From the NCBI GenBank assembly GCA_023379265.1, contig JAMCUI010000007.1, positions 82,330 through 146,329 of the forward strand: DNA of 64,000 nt. The letters run 5' to 3'. A model generated the notes under the pieces. The model saw only the letters and a program-made list of their open reading frames with translations. It was not told where the DNA came from and searched no databases. The stretch is from Patescibacteria group bacterium (GTDB lineage Bacteria > Patescibacteriota > Microgenomatia > 2-02-FULL-39-11). Each line of letters starts with the position of its first letter. Position 1 is the first letter of the stretch. Below are positions 19,783 through 29,113 of this stretch, piece after piece. Both the position numbers and the translations under genes were made by a program.

Positions 19783-20172
19783 TTAAAATGGTGTCGGGAT
19801 GCTAAGATTCTGAAGGTTAAACCCAAGGAATTGTCCGGCTACCAACATGATTGCCCATGCAGCAAATACAATAAAAAGCCCCAAGAGAGCTGCTTGGATA
19901 CGGTGTTGAGCAGCTTCAACTCCAGCTTTGTCGCCTCCTGAGGTGATCCAGCCAAACCCACCCCAGATAAGGAAAATAAAGGCAGCCAGAGCGGAAACAA
20001 CCAGTATAAGACCAATAATACCGCCTATCAGTTTACCAGGATCAACTATTTTCAAATTTGGAGGTGTGGAAACACTGATGTTTACCTGGGCAAGCGCGAT
20101 TGATGGGAAAAATATAAGAGTGCTGATACTTCCTATTCCGATTGCTGATGCTAATTTTATTGCCTTTTTCAT
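19783..20172 (-). CDS. VirB2/TrbC-like (T4SS_pilin) protein
   Basis: Signal peptide ending ALA-Q; GGFGWITSGGDKAGVEAAQHRIQAALLG. Confidence 0.82.
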   Translation of the reverse strand: MKKAIKLASAIGIGSISTLIFFPSIALAQVNISVSTPPNLKIVDPGKLIGGIIGLILVVSALAAFIFLIWGGFGWITSGGDKAGVEAAQHRIQAALLGLFIVFAAWAIMLVAGQFLGFNLQNLSIPTPF

Positions 20173-20288
20173 GATTTTACCCTTTCTTTCAGTATTATGA
20201 ATAGTTTTTTAATGCTTGTCAAGCTCTTTAGTAACAAATTTATAGCAAACAAAGAAAATTTAGTTTTTCATTATTAACAAAATAAGTG

Positions 20289-20639
20289 TTACAAAAGTTT
20301 AGGTAGACTGAGTTGGAAACCACCTCCAGCGATTGAGCCTATACCTAAGAACCTCAGGATAAGTAAATAAATTGTCCAGGCGGCAAAAACAATAAACAAA
20401 CCTAAGAGAGCGTTAGTAATTCTGTTTCGTGCGTTTTCCACACCAGTTTTATCTCCACCTGAGGAAATCCACTCCAGGCCTCCTTGTAGCAGCTGAAATA
20501 ATGTCCAGATTGAAGCAAATACGAGGATTAGTCCAACCAGACCGGAGATGAAGGTGCCTAAGATACCTCCTGCATTATCAGGGTTTGCGTTTGCAATTCC
20601 AGATACTACTGGGTTGACAATAGGATCGATATAAATCAT
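20289..20639 (-). CDS. VirB2/TrbC-like (T4SS_pilin) protein
   Basis: GGLEWISSGGDKTGVENARNRITNALLG; start at MIYIDP overlaps the upstream stop (ATGA). Confidence 0.8.
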   Translation of the reverse strand: MIYIDPIVNPVVSGIANANPDNAGGILGTFISGLVGLILVFASIWTLFQLLQGGLEWISSGGDKTGVENARNRITNALLGLFIVFAAWTIYLLILRFLGIGSIAGGGFQLSLPKLL

Positions 20640-21079
20640 ATGCCAAGGTTTTGTAAAACACTTCCTGGATTTAAGATACTTAGTCCCAGCATTGATCCTA
20701 TCACTCCGATTATTGCCCAAGCAATAACAACAATTACAAGTCCGATAAGAGAATTGGTGATTTTATCTCGTGCGGCCGTCGTATCGTTTTTATCTCCACC
20801 TGCTGAAATCCACTGAAATCCTGCCGTAATAAACTGGAATATAAACCAAAGAGCAGCAATCATGGTTAAAAAACCAATGACACCGCTGATGACTTTATTT
20901 AATGTATTCCCTACATCCTCTTTAGTATTGTTCTGGCAAAGAAAATCGGCTATAACCCCAAATCCTCCTCCACACCCAAGTCCTTGACTACTGTTTGTGG
21001 TTTGTGCTTGAGCTATTTTCCCTGAGTAAACAAAAAGTAACGAAAAAGTAAAAAGTGTGATAAATAATTTGATTTTCAT
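20636..21079 (-). CDS. VirB2/TrbC-like (T4SS_pilin) protein
   Basis: Signal peptide; AGFQWISAGGDKNDTTAARDKITNSLIG. Confidence 0.8.
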   Translation of the reverse strand: MKIKLFITLFTFSLLFVYSGKIAQAQTTNSSQGLGCGGGFGVIADFLCQNNTKEDVGNTLNKVISGVIGFLTMIAALWFIFQFITAGFQWISAGGDKNDTTAARDKITNSLIGLVIVVIAWAIIGVIGSMLGLSILNPGSVLQNLGI

Positions 21080-21097
21080 AATCTTACTTATATTATC

Positions 21098-21466
21098 TTA
21101 CTGCTGTAGTTGTGGTTGCAATATTGCAGTTGGGTTCTTGAAGAGCAACATGCCAATGATTGCAGCCAGAAGAAATGAAGAAACGATAATGAGTAGACCT
21201 AAAAAGGTTTGCCAGATACGTTCCCATGATTTTCCTATCGCTTTTGAGTCCCCACCCGCTGTCATAAATCCAAATCCACCAATTATCAGATTTATAAAAC
21301 CCCAGAGTCCAGCGATGATAAACACTAACTTTAATAGCGAATTTAGAAATATAAGCATACCTGTTAATTTACCGGTAGAGTCGATTCCAGATTGTATAAA
21401 GCTTGGTGGGGTGATGCAACCTATTGCAGGATCACAAGCAGCCAATATGTAATTTATGATGATCAT
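21098..21466 (-). CDS. VirB2/TrbC-like (T4SS_pilin) protein
   Basis: CDPAIGCI; GGFGFMTAGGDSKAIGKSWERIWQTFLG. Confidence 0.8.
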   Translation of the reverse strand: MIIINYILAACDPAIGCITPPSFIQSGIDSTGKLTGMLIFLNSLLKLVFIIAGLWGFINLIIGGFGFMTAGGDSKAIGKSWERIWQTFLGLLIIVSSFLLAAIIGMLLFKNPTAILQPQLQQ

Positions 21467-21467
21467 G

Positions 21468-21794
21468 TTAAAAACCAAGACCGCTTAACGAGCCATGTGT
21501 AACGAAGTTTATTATTTGCAATATCCAGTATGCACCAAACATGGTGACAAGTCCAATTATGGCATAGGTTAGTGCCTGTTTTTTACTTTCAGCCTCATGA
21601 GAATCTCCTCCTCCGGCACCGGAAATCATACCTATGCCAGCTACGATTATAATTACGAAGGAGATGATTCCACCCAATAGTAATATGTTGGGTAAGAGAT
21701 GGGAAACAATATCAGAAAGTGAACTAAACCCTCCATTTCCGTTTTCACCGGACAACTGCCAAACTTTTGATATGTCTACCTGTGCCAATCGCAT
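21468..21794 (-). CDS. VirB2/TrbC-like (T4SS_pilin) protein
   Basis: MRLAQ start; AGIGMISGAGGGD..AESKKQALTYAIIG. Confidence 0.78.
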   Translation of the reverse strand: MRLAQVDISKVWQLSGENGNGGFSSLSDIVSHLLPNILLLGGIISFVIIIVAGIGMISGAGGGDSHEAESKKQALTYAIIGLVTMFGAYWILQIINFVTHGSLSGLGF

Positions 21795-21969
21795 AATTTT
21801 AGTCTAGTATTTTGTATATATGTTTTCAACCTTCTAAGTAGCCTTTATACCTTCCTATATTAGGTTTGACAGAATATTCCTAGTTTGTCAACTTCTTATA
21901 TAAAGATCTATAATATATACCTTATATATTATATCTTTGAGTGAAATTATATTATTTTCCGACAAATAT

Positions 21970-22506
21970 ATGATGAGCGAAAAGGAAATCATAAATGGTA
22001 TTCTTCATGGTAACGAAAAAACGCTGCGTTTTTTTTACCTCTATTATCAGCCAAGACTCGGAGCTTATCTTAAAAATAAAGTATCAAATGAGGAGGATGC
22101 TGAGGAGATTTTGCAGGATACTCTTTTGGCTACCATTGAAGGACTGCGTGATTTTGCCTTCCGGTCGTCACTTTTTACATTTATTTGCAGCATAGCAAAT
22201 CATAAGGTGATTGATTATTACAGAAAGAAAAAGATCAAAAATGTTGTCTTTTCTCATATCCCAGATATTGAGCCTCTTATAGCTACATTGTCCGGTCCTG
22301 AGGATGACTTTAATGATCAACTCCTGAAACAGAAGATAATAGCTACATTCAGAAAAATTGCCCCGCGGTACAGTCTCATATTAAAACTGAAATATGTCTA
22401 CGGTTATTCAGTTGAAGAAATTGCCAGAAAGCTATCAATTTCCTTCAAAAGCGCCGAAAGCCAGCTTTTTCGCGCACGAAGAGCTTTCGAGTTAGCTTAT
22501 TCATAA
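21970..22506 (+). CDS. ECF (sigma-24 type) RNA polymerase sigma factor
   Basis: DAEEILQDT, FTFICSIANHKVIDYYRK (region 2) and YSVEEIARKL..SQLFRAR (region 4). Confidence 0.92.
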   Translation: MMSEKEIINGILHGNEKTLRFFYLYYQPRLGAYLKNKVSNEEDAEEILQDTLLATIEGLRDFAFRSSLFTFICSIANHKVIDYYRKKKIKNVVFSHIPDIEPLIATLSGPEDDFNDQLLKQKIIATFRKIAPRYSLILKLKYVYGYSVEEIARKLSISFKSAESQLFRARRAFELAYS

Positions 22507-22518
22507 TATAAATAGTTT

Positions 22519-22752
22519 ATGGATAATGATAAAACATACCAGCTTTTAGTTGATAAAATGCATGAAGTTGCAGCTATCCCTACTCAGGAGGTGGGGAATT
22601 TTACTATTGCTTATAAGAAACTTGTGCCTTTCTTAAAGTATTATCCCTGGAAAAGCGCTATTATACTTTCTTTTATATCTGTTTCTTTACTTTACTTGAT
22701 TTTCGGAACATTTCTAGTTAAAGTTGCTTCCATGCTTCAATTCGGGTTTTAA
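22519..22752 (+). CDS. Small single-TM protein, possible anti-sigma factor
   Basis: Directly downstream of the ECF sigma gene; soluble N-terminus plus C-terminal TM. Confidence 0.5.
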   Translation: MDNDKTYQLLVDKMHEVAAIPTQEVGNFTIAYKKLVPFLKYYPWKSAIILSFISVSLLYLIFGTFLVKVASMLQFGF

Positions 22753-22760
22753 CTTCTGTT

Positions 22761-23390
22761 ATGGATGTGTTTGTTATTACCTTTGTCCGTCTTCTTTTCT
22801 TTTTCACAAAGAATCTAATTGGATGTTTTAACACTCCATACCTAACCTACAGAAAGCTTTTGGGAGAAAAATCTGGAATATACCAGACCGGTTTTATTTT
22901 TATTCTTGTGATTTCCTATTTTATTTTCGCTTCAGCTTTAAGGGTTGGCGTACATAGTCCTCTTCTTTTAACTTTAAGGTTGAATCTTCTTTTGTTCTCA
23001 GCCGCGATTGGATTTATAGCTATGTTATTTGTCATATTTATGTTAGGGAAAACGATCGGAAGTAGCGGTAGATTCATTGATGTATATAAACTTTGGTCCT
23101 TCACTCTTATCCCGACAATAGTTTGGTTTTTTACAACTTCACTACTTTATATAATTATTCCACCTCCAAGAACATTAAGTTTTTTGGGTAAGCTATTTAG
23201 CGTTGTCTTTATCGCTTTTTCAGTCTCCGTCTTTCTTTGGAAGGCAATATTATATTATTTAACTTTGAGGTTTGCCCTCAGACTTGATCTTGCAAAGATC
23301 GGTTTTATGACTGTAGTCATATTGCCTTTACTTGTAGTTTATTCTGTGTTGATGTATAAGCTGGGGATTTTTAGAGTCCCATTTATTTAG
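22761..23390 (+). CDS. Yip1-like membrane protein
   Basis: About five TMs with N-terminal ..P..TYRKL pattern. Confidence 0.55.
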   Translation: MDVFVITFVRLLFFFTKNLIGCFNTPYLTYRKLLGEKSGIYQTGFIFILVISYFIFASALRVGVHSPLLLTLRLNLLLFSAAIGFIAMLFVIFMLGKTIGSSGRFIDVYKLWSFTLIPTIVWFFTTSLLYIIIPPPRTLSFLGKLFSVVFIAFSVSVFLWKAILYYLTLRFALRLDLAKIGFMTVVILPLLVVYSVLMYKLGIFRVPFI

Positions 23391-23411
23391 TTGGTGATAA
23401 AGGAGTGGTTT

Positions 23412-24578
23412 ATGAGATTGCGAGACTTAAAAACGATTCAGGAAAGAAGAAAATTTTTAGAAAAGAAAACAGGAATTTCCTTTTTCCCAAACGAAAACTT
23501 TCCTGATGGTTTTGAGATTGCTCAGGAAAAAAACTGTGAAAACATGATTGGGGTAGTTCATGTACCGGTAGGTGTAGCTGGACCGATTCTATTGAATAGT
23601 AAATCAGCTTCAGAAGAAATCTATATTCCGCTTGCGACTACTGAAGGAGCTTTGGTTGCATCAGTTAACCGTGGTTGTAAAGCGATAAACCAAGACGGAG
23701 GTGTTTCAGTCTATTCTGAAAATATTGGTATAACGCGAGGTCCAGTCTTCAAAACAAGTGGTTTGGCACAGGGTCTACATCTGAAGCAATGGGTCAAAGA
23801 CGAGTTTTCTCAGTTACAGAGGATGGTTGTTTCAACATCGTCTCATATTACCCTTATCAAGGTTGATTTCCAGATATCAGGCAAGAATATATATATGAGA
23901 TTTTATTACGATACACAGGATGCCATGGGGATGAATATGGTAACAATAGCCACACAAGAGTTAGTTTCATTTATAGAAGATAGAATGAAGGTTAAATGTA
24001 CATCACTAGCGGGAAATTATGATATAGATAAAAAACCGGCTTGGTTAAATTTTATCTCCGGCCGTGGTAGACAGGTTTGGTCAGAGGCTGTTTTGGAAGA
24101 AAGTACTATTAAGGAAGTGTTAAAGACTACTCCGTCTGCCATACATGATGTATCAGTAAGTAAGAATTTGGTAGGTTCTGCCCTTTCAGGAGCTTTAGGG
24201 TTTAATGCCCATTTTGCCAATGTTATTGCTGCAATTTTTATTGCCACAGGTCAGGATGCGGCACATGTGGTTGAAGGAAGTCTGGGAATTTGTACGACAG
24301 AAATAGTTGATAATAACAGTCTTTATATATCGGCATTTCTGCCGGATTTGCCTGTTGGAACAATAGGCGGTGGTACTAATTTACCATCGCAGAAGAAAAT
24401 GTTAGAACTTATGGGAATAACAGGTGGAGATAAAGGTAGTAACGGAGAGAAAATCGCAGAAATAATTGGAGCAACTGTTCTAGCTGGGGAATTATCCCTT
24501 TTGGCATCTTTGGCTGAGGGAAGCTTGGCAAAAACACATGAAAGGTTAGCCAGAGGAAAAGTTAAAAAAAAGATATAA
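23412..24578 (+). CDS. hmgA: HMG-CoA reductase, class I (NADPH)
   Basis: CENMIG, PLATTEGALVASVNRG, DAMGMNMVT, DKKPAW, GQDAAH, GTIGGGT. Confidence 0.96.
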   Translation: MRLRDLKTIQERRKFLEKKTGISFFPNENFPDGFEIAQEKNCENMIGVVHVPVGVAGPILLNSKSASEEIYIPLATTEGALVASVNRGCKAINQDGGVSVYSENIGITRGPVFKTSGLAQGLHLKQWVKDEFSQLQRMVVSTSSHITLIKVDFQISGKNIYMRFYYDTQDAMGMNMVTIATQELVSFIEDRMKVKCTSLAGNYDIDKKPAWLNFISGRGRQVWSEAVLEESTIKEVLKTTPSAIHDVSVSKNLVGSALSGALGFNAHFANVIAAIFIATGQDAAHVVEGSLGICTTEIVDNNSLYISAFLPDLPVGTIGGGTNLPSQKKMLELMGITGGDKGSNGEKIAEIIGATVLAGELSLLASLAEGSLAKTHERLARGKVKKKI

Positions 24579-24595
24579 TTTACCTCTTAATAATT

Positions 24596-25636
24596 ATGGA
24601 TGTTGGCATATTAGGATACGGTATATACGTTCCTCAATACAGGATAAAAGTATCTGAAATCGCTTCAGTCTGGGGGAAAAACTCAGATGATGTTGAGAAA
24701 TCTTTAGGCAATAGTGAAAAATCTGTTGCTGGTTTTGATGAAGATGCAGTGACCCTTGCTTACGAGTCTGCCGTTGCAGCACTAAAGCATGCCGGTGTTA
24801 AGCCAGAAAAAATTGATATATGTTTTGTCGGTTCAGAAAGCCATCCTTATGCGGTTAATCCCACTTCTACAATAGTTGGTGAATTTCTTGGTTTTAAAAA
24901 AAACTATCTGGCGGCAGATCTAGAGTTTGCCTGTAAAGCGGCGACGGCAGGCATGATATCGATTGCGGGGTTGATAGAGTCAGGTGCTGTATCTTACGGT
25001 TTGACAATTGGAAGTGATACGGCTCAATCAAAACCGCATGATGTACTGGAGTATACTGCTGCTGCCGCATCAGCCGCTTTTGTACTAGGCAGAAACAATA
25101 ATCAATCTATAGCCAAACTGGTAGCTTTTACCTCTTTTTCTTCCGATACGCCAGATTTCTGGCGGCGAGATGGAGTGCGTTTTCCCAGTCACGGTGGCAG
25201 ATTTACTGGTGAACCTGCTTATTTTTATCATGTTGAGGGAGCGGCAAGAGAGCTTTTGTCAAAACTAAAAATGAGCCCAGAAGATTTTGATTACTGTATT
25301 TTCCATATGCCAAACGGTAAATTTCCCAGACAGGTAGCCAAGAGGTTAGGATTTACTCCAGAGAAAATAGCTCCTTCTCTTATTGTGGATAAAATAGGTA
25401 ATCCTTACACTGCCTCCTCTCTTTTGGGTTTGAGCGCAGTTCTTGATATTGCCAAGCCAAATGAGAGGATTTTTATGGTTTCTTATGGATCAGGTGCAGG
25501 ATCTGACGCTTTTGTTTTTGAGGTGACTGAAAACATTATTAAAAAGGAAGCTGTAAAGAACGCGGTTATGCAGTCCCTGTCGAATAAGAAATATATTTCT
25601 TATCCCGAATATCTCCGGTTTACAAAGAAAATATAA
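24596..25636 (+). CDS. HMG-CoA synthase, archaeal type
   Basis: GSESHPYAVNP, DLEFACKAAT (catalytic Cys), DTPDFWRR, FTGEPAYF, FHMPNGKF, SYGSGAGSDAF. Confidence 0.93.
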   Translation: MDVGILGYGIYVPQYRIKVSEIASVWGKNSDDVEKSLGNSEKSVAGFDEDAVTLAYESAVAALKHAGVKPEKIDICFVGSESHPYAVNPTSTIVGEFLGFKKNYLAADLEFACKAATAGMISIAGLIESGAVSYGLTIGSDTAQSKPHDVLEYTAAAASAAFVLGRNNNQSIAKLVAFTSFSSDTPDFWRRDGVRFPSHGGRFTGEPAYFYHVEGAARELLSKLKMSPEDFDYCIFHMPNGKFPRQVAKRLGFTPEKIAPSLIVDKIGNPYTASSLLGLSAVLDIAKPNERIFMVSYGSGAGSDAFVFEVTENIIKKEAVKNAVMQSLSNKKYISYPEYLRFTKKI

Positions 25637-25640
25637 ACTT

Positions 25641-26783
25641 ATGAAAATATCTGTTTTGGGAGCCGCCACTACTAAGTTTGGAGAATTATGGAGTCGTTCT
25701 CCTAGGGATTTAGTAATGGAGGCTGTTAATGAGGCGCTTGACGACTCTAAGGAAATTTCTCTGCAGGATATAGAAGCAGTATATGTAGGCAATATGCTTT
25801 CAGGGACGTTGGGCGGACAGGATCACCTTGGGGCATTTTTTGCGGAAGAATTAGGATTGCATGTACCAGCTATGAAAGTTGAAGGAGCATGTGCTTCAGG
25901 AGGTTTGGCGATACATGCAGGAGTGACAGCTGTATCTTCCGGTATTTATGAAAATGTCTTAGTTGTGGGAATAGAGAAAATGACTGACTTCAAACCTGAG
26001 GAGGTGGCTGAAGCTCTTATGGGTGCTGGTTCTGATCCTGAAAGAGATGCTGGAGCCAGTTTTCCTTCATTATATGCGCTTATGGCCAGAGTGCACATGG
26101 AAAAGTATGGCACAACAGAGGAAGATATGGCTGCAGTCGCTGTAAAGAATCATTATCACGCGTCCTTAAATTCTCACGCACAGTTCACTTTTCCAGTTAC
26201 AATGGAAAAAGTGATGGAAAGCCCAGTAGTTTCCTCTCCATTGAAATTGCTTGATTGTTCTCCTATCTCAGATGGTGCAGCCGCAGTCATACTTTCCTCA
26301 AAAATTAAAAAGACAGGTAGAAACATATTTATTGTCGGGTCTGCTGTGGCGACTGACTCACTGGGTTTGGCCGAAAGAGATGATTTGACTACAATTTATG
26401 CCGCAAAGGAAGCGGCTAGAAAAGCTTATAAAATGTCCGGTGTTGGACCTAATGAAATAGACGTGGCAGAAGTTCATGACTGTTTTACTATTGCAGAAAT
26501 TATAGCGATGGAGGATCTTGGGTTTTTTGGAAAAGGAGAAGCAGCAAGAGCCGTTAGATTAGGACAAACTCGATTAGGCGGACGGCCAGTTATAAATACT
26601 TCGGGAGGGTTAAAGGCTTGTGGACATCCTGTTGGTGCAACAGGAGTAAAGCAGGTGGTAGAAATCTATAGACAACTTAAAGGAATTGCTGGTAAGAAAC
26701 AGGTAAAAGGGGCCAAATTGGGTTTGACCCATAACGTTGGTGGTAGTGGAGCCACAGCGGTAGTGAATATATTGAAGGGTTAG
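25641..26783 (+). CDS. Acetoacetyl-CoA thiolase, archaeal/SCP-x type
   Basis: VEGACASG, DCSPISDGAAA, EVHDCFTIAE, SGGLKACGHPVGATG, HNVGG. Confidence 0.93.
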   Translation: MKISVLGAATTKFGELWSRSPRDLVMEAVNEALDDSKEISLQDIEAVYVGNMLSGTLGGQDHLGAFFAEELGLHVPAMKVEGACASGGLAIHAGVTAVSSGIYENVLVVGIEKMTDFKPEEVAEALMGAGSDPERDAGASFPSLYALMARVHMEKYGTTEEDMAAVAVKNHYHASLNSHAQFTFPVTMEKVMESPVVSSPLKLLDCSPISDGAAAVILSSKIKKTGRNIFIVGSAVATDSLGLAERDDLTTIYAAKEAARKAYKMSGVGPNEIDVAEVHDCFTIAEIIAMEDLGFFGKGEAARAVRLGQTRLGGRPVINTSGGLKACGHPVGATGVKQVVEIYRQLKGIAGKKQVKGAKLGLTHNVGGSGATAVVNILKG

Positions 26784-26888
26784 AGTAGAACTGGTACCAA
26801 AACCTATATTTTCGGCTTAGTATAATTGCATTTTTACACTCAAATAAACAGTTTTAATAGAGGTTTTAGTAACCTAAAGGAATAAATT

Positions 26889-27188
26889 ATGATCAGTCCG
26901 GTCAAAGTTTGGCGCAATCAAAAAAAAATTCAAAAAATATTAGGGCTTTATGGAATAATAGTTTCCTGGACTAAAGTACATGTTCCTCCAGTGGGATTTT
27001 CCTCTCAAGCCCCATATGTGATTGTTGTGGTTAAGCTGGAATCAGGTAAAAGTTATATAGCACAACTTGTTGATTGGAGTGAAAATAGCTTGAAAACAGG
27101 ACAGAAGGTGAAAGCTGTTTTAAGAAGAACAAAGAATCCAGGTGAAGAAGGAGTGATACCATACGGTGTTAAGTTCAAACCCGTGTGA
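26889..27188 (+). CDS. DUF35 OB-fold scaffold protein lacking the Zn ribbon
   Basis: SPVKVWR N-terminus, PYVIVVVKLE, G..V.AVLRR, G.I.YGVKF; follows the thiolase gene. Confidence 0.85.
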   Translation: MISPVKVWRNQKKIQKILGLYGIIVSWTKVHVPPVGFSSQAPYVIVVVKLESGKSYIAQLVDWSENSLKTGQKVKAVLRRTKNPGEEGVIPYGVKFKPV

Positions 27189-27201
27189 AACTTCATAAAC
27201 A

Positions 27202-28164
27202 ATGTCTGTAATCGTATCGTCACCCGGGAAAATTCATCTTCTTGGAGAGCACGCTGTTGTCTATGGTAAACCGGCTCTTCTAGCTGCAATAGATAAAAGG
27301 TTGTATGTTAAAGTCAGAAGATTAGATTCATATCAGGGGATAGCAGATACTGGTGTGAGAATAAAAACCTCCGAAGGTGAGAAATTAATTTTTGAATGTG
27401 TTTCTGTTTTTAAAAAAGCTTTTGTTATAAAGAAGTTTCCACCGCTAGAGATCAATGTTTCCTCCAATATTTCCACCGGTTCAGGCCTTGGGTCATCAGC
27501 CGCTCTTTCCGCATCAGTTATTGGTGCTCTTATGAAGAGTGTCAAAAATATTTGGAATCCAGTCAGGATAAATGAATTGGCGTTTGAGGTGGAGAAGACG
27601 GCTCACGGAAACCCATCGGGAGCGGATAATACTACAGTCGTTTTTGGCGGGTTGGTTTGGTATAGAAGGGAGTTTGACTTTCTCAAATCGATTTGGAGCT
27701 TACCTTTGTCTCCATATAAAATTCCGCCATTTTTTCTTATTGATTCGGGCCGGCCAAAAGAGTCCACAAAAGAGATGGTCGAGTCCGTAGGTTTACTATA
27801 TAAAAGAAGAGAAGGGGTGATGGAGTCGGTTTTTTCCGATCAGGAGTTACAGACAAAAAAACTTCTCCTTTCTTTCCGAAAAGATAATAGGAGCGAGATG
27901 ATTGAGGCATTAAAACGGGGAGAGAGAAATCTGGAAAAAATGGGCGTGGTTGGGGTGAAAGCGTATAAGATAATTAGAGAAATAGAGGGTTATGGTGGTG
28001 CAGCCAAAATATGCGGTGCCGGTGGGAAAAAAGAAGGAAGCGGCATGATTCTTTGTTGTCTACATAACAAGTCAATGTTACAAAAAATTGCACAAAAATA
28101 CTCAGCGTCTCTTTTACCCATAAGATTAGGAGAAGAAGGTATAAGGGTAGAACAAAATAATTAG
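27202..28164 (+). CDS. mvk: Mevalonate kinase (GHMP family)
   Basis: PGKIHLLGEHAVVYG, GSGLGSSAA, HGNPSGAD, KICGAGG. Confidence 0.88.
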   Translation: MSVIVSSPGKIHLLGEHAVVYGKPALLAAIDKRLYVKVRRLDSYQGIADTGVRIKTSEGEKLIFECVSVFKKAFVIKKFPPLEINVSSNISTGSGLGSSAALSASVIGALMKSVKNIWNPVRINELAFEVEKTAHGNPSGADNTTVVFGGLVWYRREFDFLKSIWSLPLSPYKIPPFFLIDSGRPKESTKEMVESVGLLYKRREGVMESVFSDQELQTKKLLLSFRKDNRSEMIEALKRGERNLEKMGVVGVKAYKIIREIEGYGGAAKICGAGGKKEGSGMILCCLHNKSMLQKIAQKYSASLLPIRLGEEGIRVEQNN

Positions 28165-28168
28165 CTTT

Positions 28169-29092
28169 ATGAACTCTAAAGTATTGACTGTTGTTGCCCC
28201 TGGTAAACTAATGCTTTTTGGCGAGCATGCTGTAATTTATGGTTATCCCTGCATTGTCTCAGCCTTGGATAAATATATAGAGATTAAAGGGAAAATTATT
28301 GATGAAAAAGATGATAAATTTGATATAGCTGATTACAGTGATGGTTTTATAAGACGTATGGTAAGTGTTTTTAGGATAAAATATGGAAAGAAGGAAAAAA
28401 TTTTTATTTCCTCAAAAAGCACATTAGGCCGGTATGGACTTGGTTCATCAGCAGCTATTTCTGTGGCGACTGTAAAAATGTTAGGCAAACTTTTCAATAT
28501 ACCATTAAGTGCTGAGGAACTTTTTAATATCTCATACGAGGGTGTATTAAAAGTACAAAAGGGAAAAGCCTCTGGATTTGATTTGGCCAGCAGCATTTAT
28601 GGGGGTACCATACTTTTTGACGGGAAAACCAAAAAGACGTCTTATTTAAATAAGGGAAAGCTGCCCTTTTTAACAGTTTTTACCGGTAGAAAAGCAAAAA
28701 CAGTAGATATTGTAAAAAAAGTTGCCCAAGAAAAGTTAAGGAATCCTAAAGAAACAGAAAAAATACTTTCAGAAATCGGAAAAATAGTATTAAGAGCGGA
28801 AAGAGCATTGAAAGAAAAAAATTGGAAAGTTGTGGGAAAATTGATGAACGATAATCAAAAATTATTGGTCGAGCTTGGCGTAAGTAATGGAATGATTGAT
28901 AAACTAGTAAAAATATCTCTTGAGTCCGGAGCACTAGGAGCAAAAATATCAGGAGCAGGAGGAGGAGATTGTATACTGGTATTGGTTGAGAGGTGTTTAA
29001 CTGGTAAAGTTGTAGAAAATATAGAAAAATCGGGCGGAACAGTATTGGATATAAATGTAGGTATTGGAGGTGGAGTAAAAGTTTCATTATAG
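28169..29092 (+). CDS. Second mevalonate-kinase-like GHMP kinase, probable phosphomevalonate kinase
   Basis: APGKLMLFGEHAVIYG, YGLGSSAA, VQ.G.ASGFD.A.S.YGG, KISGAGGGDC; lies between mvk and mvaD. Confidence 0.75.
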   Translation: MNSKVLTVVAPGKLMLFGEHAVIYGYPCIVSALDKYIEIKGKIIDEKDDKFDIADYSDGFIRRMVSVFRIKYGKKEKIFISSKSTLGRYGLGSSAAISVATVKMLGKLFNIPLSAEELFNISYEGVLKVQKGKASGFDLASSIYGGTILFDGKTKKTSYLNKGKLPFLTVFTGRKAKTVDIVKKVAQEKLRNPKETEKILSEIGKIVLRAERALKEKNWKVVGKLMNDNQKLLVELGVSNGMIDKLVKISLESGALGAKISGAGGGDCILVLVERCLTGKVVENIEKSGGTVLDINVGIGGGVKVSL

Positions 29093-29113
29093 TAAAGTCT
29101 TTATAAGTAAAAT

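Noticed and set aside
17789-21794. Conjugative element or prophage
   Set aside because: No relaxase, VirB4, coupling protein, integrase or phage structural genes; the locus is embedded among housekeeping genes.
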